From sequence record PV796108.1: 64,000 nt of DNA; one strand, 5' to 3'. Under the pieces are notes generated by a model that worked only from the letters and a program-made list of their open reading frames with translations, was not told the DNA's origin and ran no database searches. Below are positions 62,651-64,000 of this stretch, piece after piece; position 1 is the first letter of the stretch; every line of letters starts with the position of its first letter. Both the position numbers and the translations under genes were made by a program.

Positions 62651-63079
62651 ATGATTGATAAGTTAAAACACTTTGTAACATTTAGTGAAGCTTTAAAGAA
62701 AGAAACTGAACATGGTAAAGAATTTACTGTTGGTGGAAAGATAACCAGCATATTGAACACAACACACTTTGTTGATAAAATAGAAGAACCGAAAGATCAT
62801 TTTGTATACCTTATGTTGGACGATGCAGTTGGTGAGCAATCCGTAGCCTTACCTTTAGGTGCTTACGAACATGCAGTTGCTCGTTACGGCATTGGAGTAG
62901 GTTCTATTGTTTTAGTTCAAGGGATGTTACAAATCTTAGATTTTTCATTTGAGTACAAGGATAAACGAGGAATGATTTACAAGTCAAATGGTGTAAATCA
63001 TCCAGAACAAACTAAACGTATTGTAGGATGGAAAGTAACTCCATTACCTGAAGAAGTACCGACACTATCGAAGGATTAA
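62651..63079 (+). CDS. Stand-alone OB-fold protein resembling the DnaE (Pol III alpha) OB domain
   Basis: TVGGKITSI...YLMLDDAVGEQSVAL...YE...IGVGSIVLVQG. Confidence 0.65.
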   Translation: MIDKLKHFVTFSEALKKETEHGKEFTVGGKITSILNTTHFVDKIEEPKDHFVYLMLDDAVGEQSVALPLGAYEHAVARYGIGVGSIVLVQGMLQILDFSFEYKDKRGMIYKSNGVNHPEQTKRIVGWKVTPLPEEVPTLSKD

Positions 63080-63094
63080 TTTCCTTCGTTTTTT
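63069..63094 (+). terminator. Intrinsic terminator
   Basis: CGAAGGA / TCCTTCG plus T6. Confidence 0.75.
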
Positions 63095-63096
63095 AT

Positions 63097-63141
63097 GTGT
63101 GTAAAAGGTTCTTTGTCCGTTCGATTCGGGATACACACACC
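63097..63141 (+). other. tRNA-like minihelix (acceptor stem + T-arm, no D or anticodon arm)
   Basis: GTGTGTA / TACACAC 7-bp stem, T-arm GTCCG-TTCGATT-CGGGA, then A-CC. Confidence 0.5.
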
Positions 63142-63150
63142 TAAGTACAA

Positions 63151-63652
63151 GAGTAATGATGCATATACATAATCAGTGCCTCTTTGAATTGTTGCCAATA
63201 GGGGTGAATGGGTTTCGGCTAATTAAAACGTCCAGCTTCAGTATATTTCATTACTCTCCCTTATGGGAAAGCTCATACGTATCGTGTGGGTTTCCTCATA
63301 AGGGAGACAGCCATGTGACAGAAGTAAGAGTTATTGATCGTAGCTTCCTTGAAATCGAGATGCCAATAGATTCGTATAAGACAAGAGATTAAGAAGTTAT
63401 TCTTATGCCTGTTATCTTATATGAGTTGCGGCCTTACAGAGGTGTCTACTCTGATGCGAATGACCGTAGAAGCACTCTTATGAAAGTCTGAGGTGAATCT
63501 CTTATGATTGAAAGTAACTAGAACTTGCCGAGAAGGGGTAAACTCTGAACCCTTTGGACAGGTGCATCCTTCAAAGCATTAACTTCCTAAGTTCAAAAAC
63601 TTTCAAGTGAATGATAAGGAGTATGGGCTACTAACTATGCTCCTTGTTTTTC
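63151..63652 (+). ncRNA. Candidate large (about 500 nt) structured ncRNA
   Basis: Four multi-stem domains with G-U-rich long helices, ending in a hairpin (63617-63645) plus U-tract. Confidence 0.6.
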
Positions 63653-63801
63653 TTGGATATACAAGGGGGCTTATAACCCCACGTCTCATAATATCTCTTC
63701 CATAAATACGACATTTTAAAAATTAGGTAAGAGAGCTGGCACTCTTTTATCGGGCGATGTGCGTCGCCTTGTATATCTATTTTCTTAAAGGGGGAAAAGC
63801 A

Positions 63802-64000
63802 ATGAATCTTGTAAAGCATTTCTACAAACGATGGGTAGAGCGAGTAGTAAAAATCGAAGATGAAATTGAAGTTAATCGGTATGTTACAGAGAACCAAGAG
63901 TTAATTAAAGAACATGCGGAAACAATGTATTGTTATGCTACCTTTATGTACAAAGGACAGATTGGTGACCATGTAACTCGTAACTATTACATAAAAGATA
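63802..64000 (+). CDS. Partial hypothetical protein (runs off right edge)
   Basis: GGGGG SD; MNLVKHFYKRWVERVVKIEDE... open to the window end. Confidence 0.65.
   Translation, partial: MNLVKHFYKRWVERVVKIEDEIEVNRYVTENQELIKEHAETMYCYATFMYKGQIGDHVTRNYYIKD

Noticed and set aside
63156-63392. 78-aa plus-strand ORF
   Set aside because: No SD; it lies within long-range RNA pairings.
63097-63652. tmRNA (standard or permuted), group I intron, RNase P or SRP RNA
   Set aside because: No G3-U70 alanine pair, no matching downstream acceptor strand or tag ORF, and no recognisable P7, RNase P or SRP signature.

Overview
AT-rich segment of a large tailed phage or phage-plasmid with Firmicutes-type Shine-Dalgarno (SD) sites. 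Spx- and SpoVG-like genes point to a Bacillus-group host. Bases 1-9016 (minus strand) hold the DNA-packaging module: a putative small terminase, four Gly/Ala-rich genes, and a large terminase with an intein in its Walker A motif, plus a secreted NHL-repeat gene. From 9129 onward everything is on the plus strand: more than 110 mostly small accessory genes, including two XRE HTH regulators, three HExxH metallopeptidases, three SpoVG-fold proteins, PcfJ-like, AAA ATPase, a CxxC-less Spx, SPFH, HIRAN and an OB-fold protein. Four things stand out. (1) A phage-encoded ubiquitin-like conjugation operon (52629-58651) with a five-unit head-to-tail polyubiquitin-like precursor (units end AGTKG), an E2-like protein, a JAB peptidase and a ThiF/E1 enzyme. 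(2) About 22 otherwise unrelated small proteins share a C-terminal motif N-x3-h-x2-[LMFW]-[KRN]-x-[ED]. (3) Two highly base-paired intergenic regions look like unannotated structured RNAs (24470-24830 and 63151-63652), the second preceded by a tRNA-like minihelix. (4) A recurring terminator+CCGCTA+SD junction. All family assignments come from motif recognition by eye; no database search was run.
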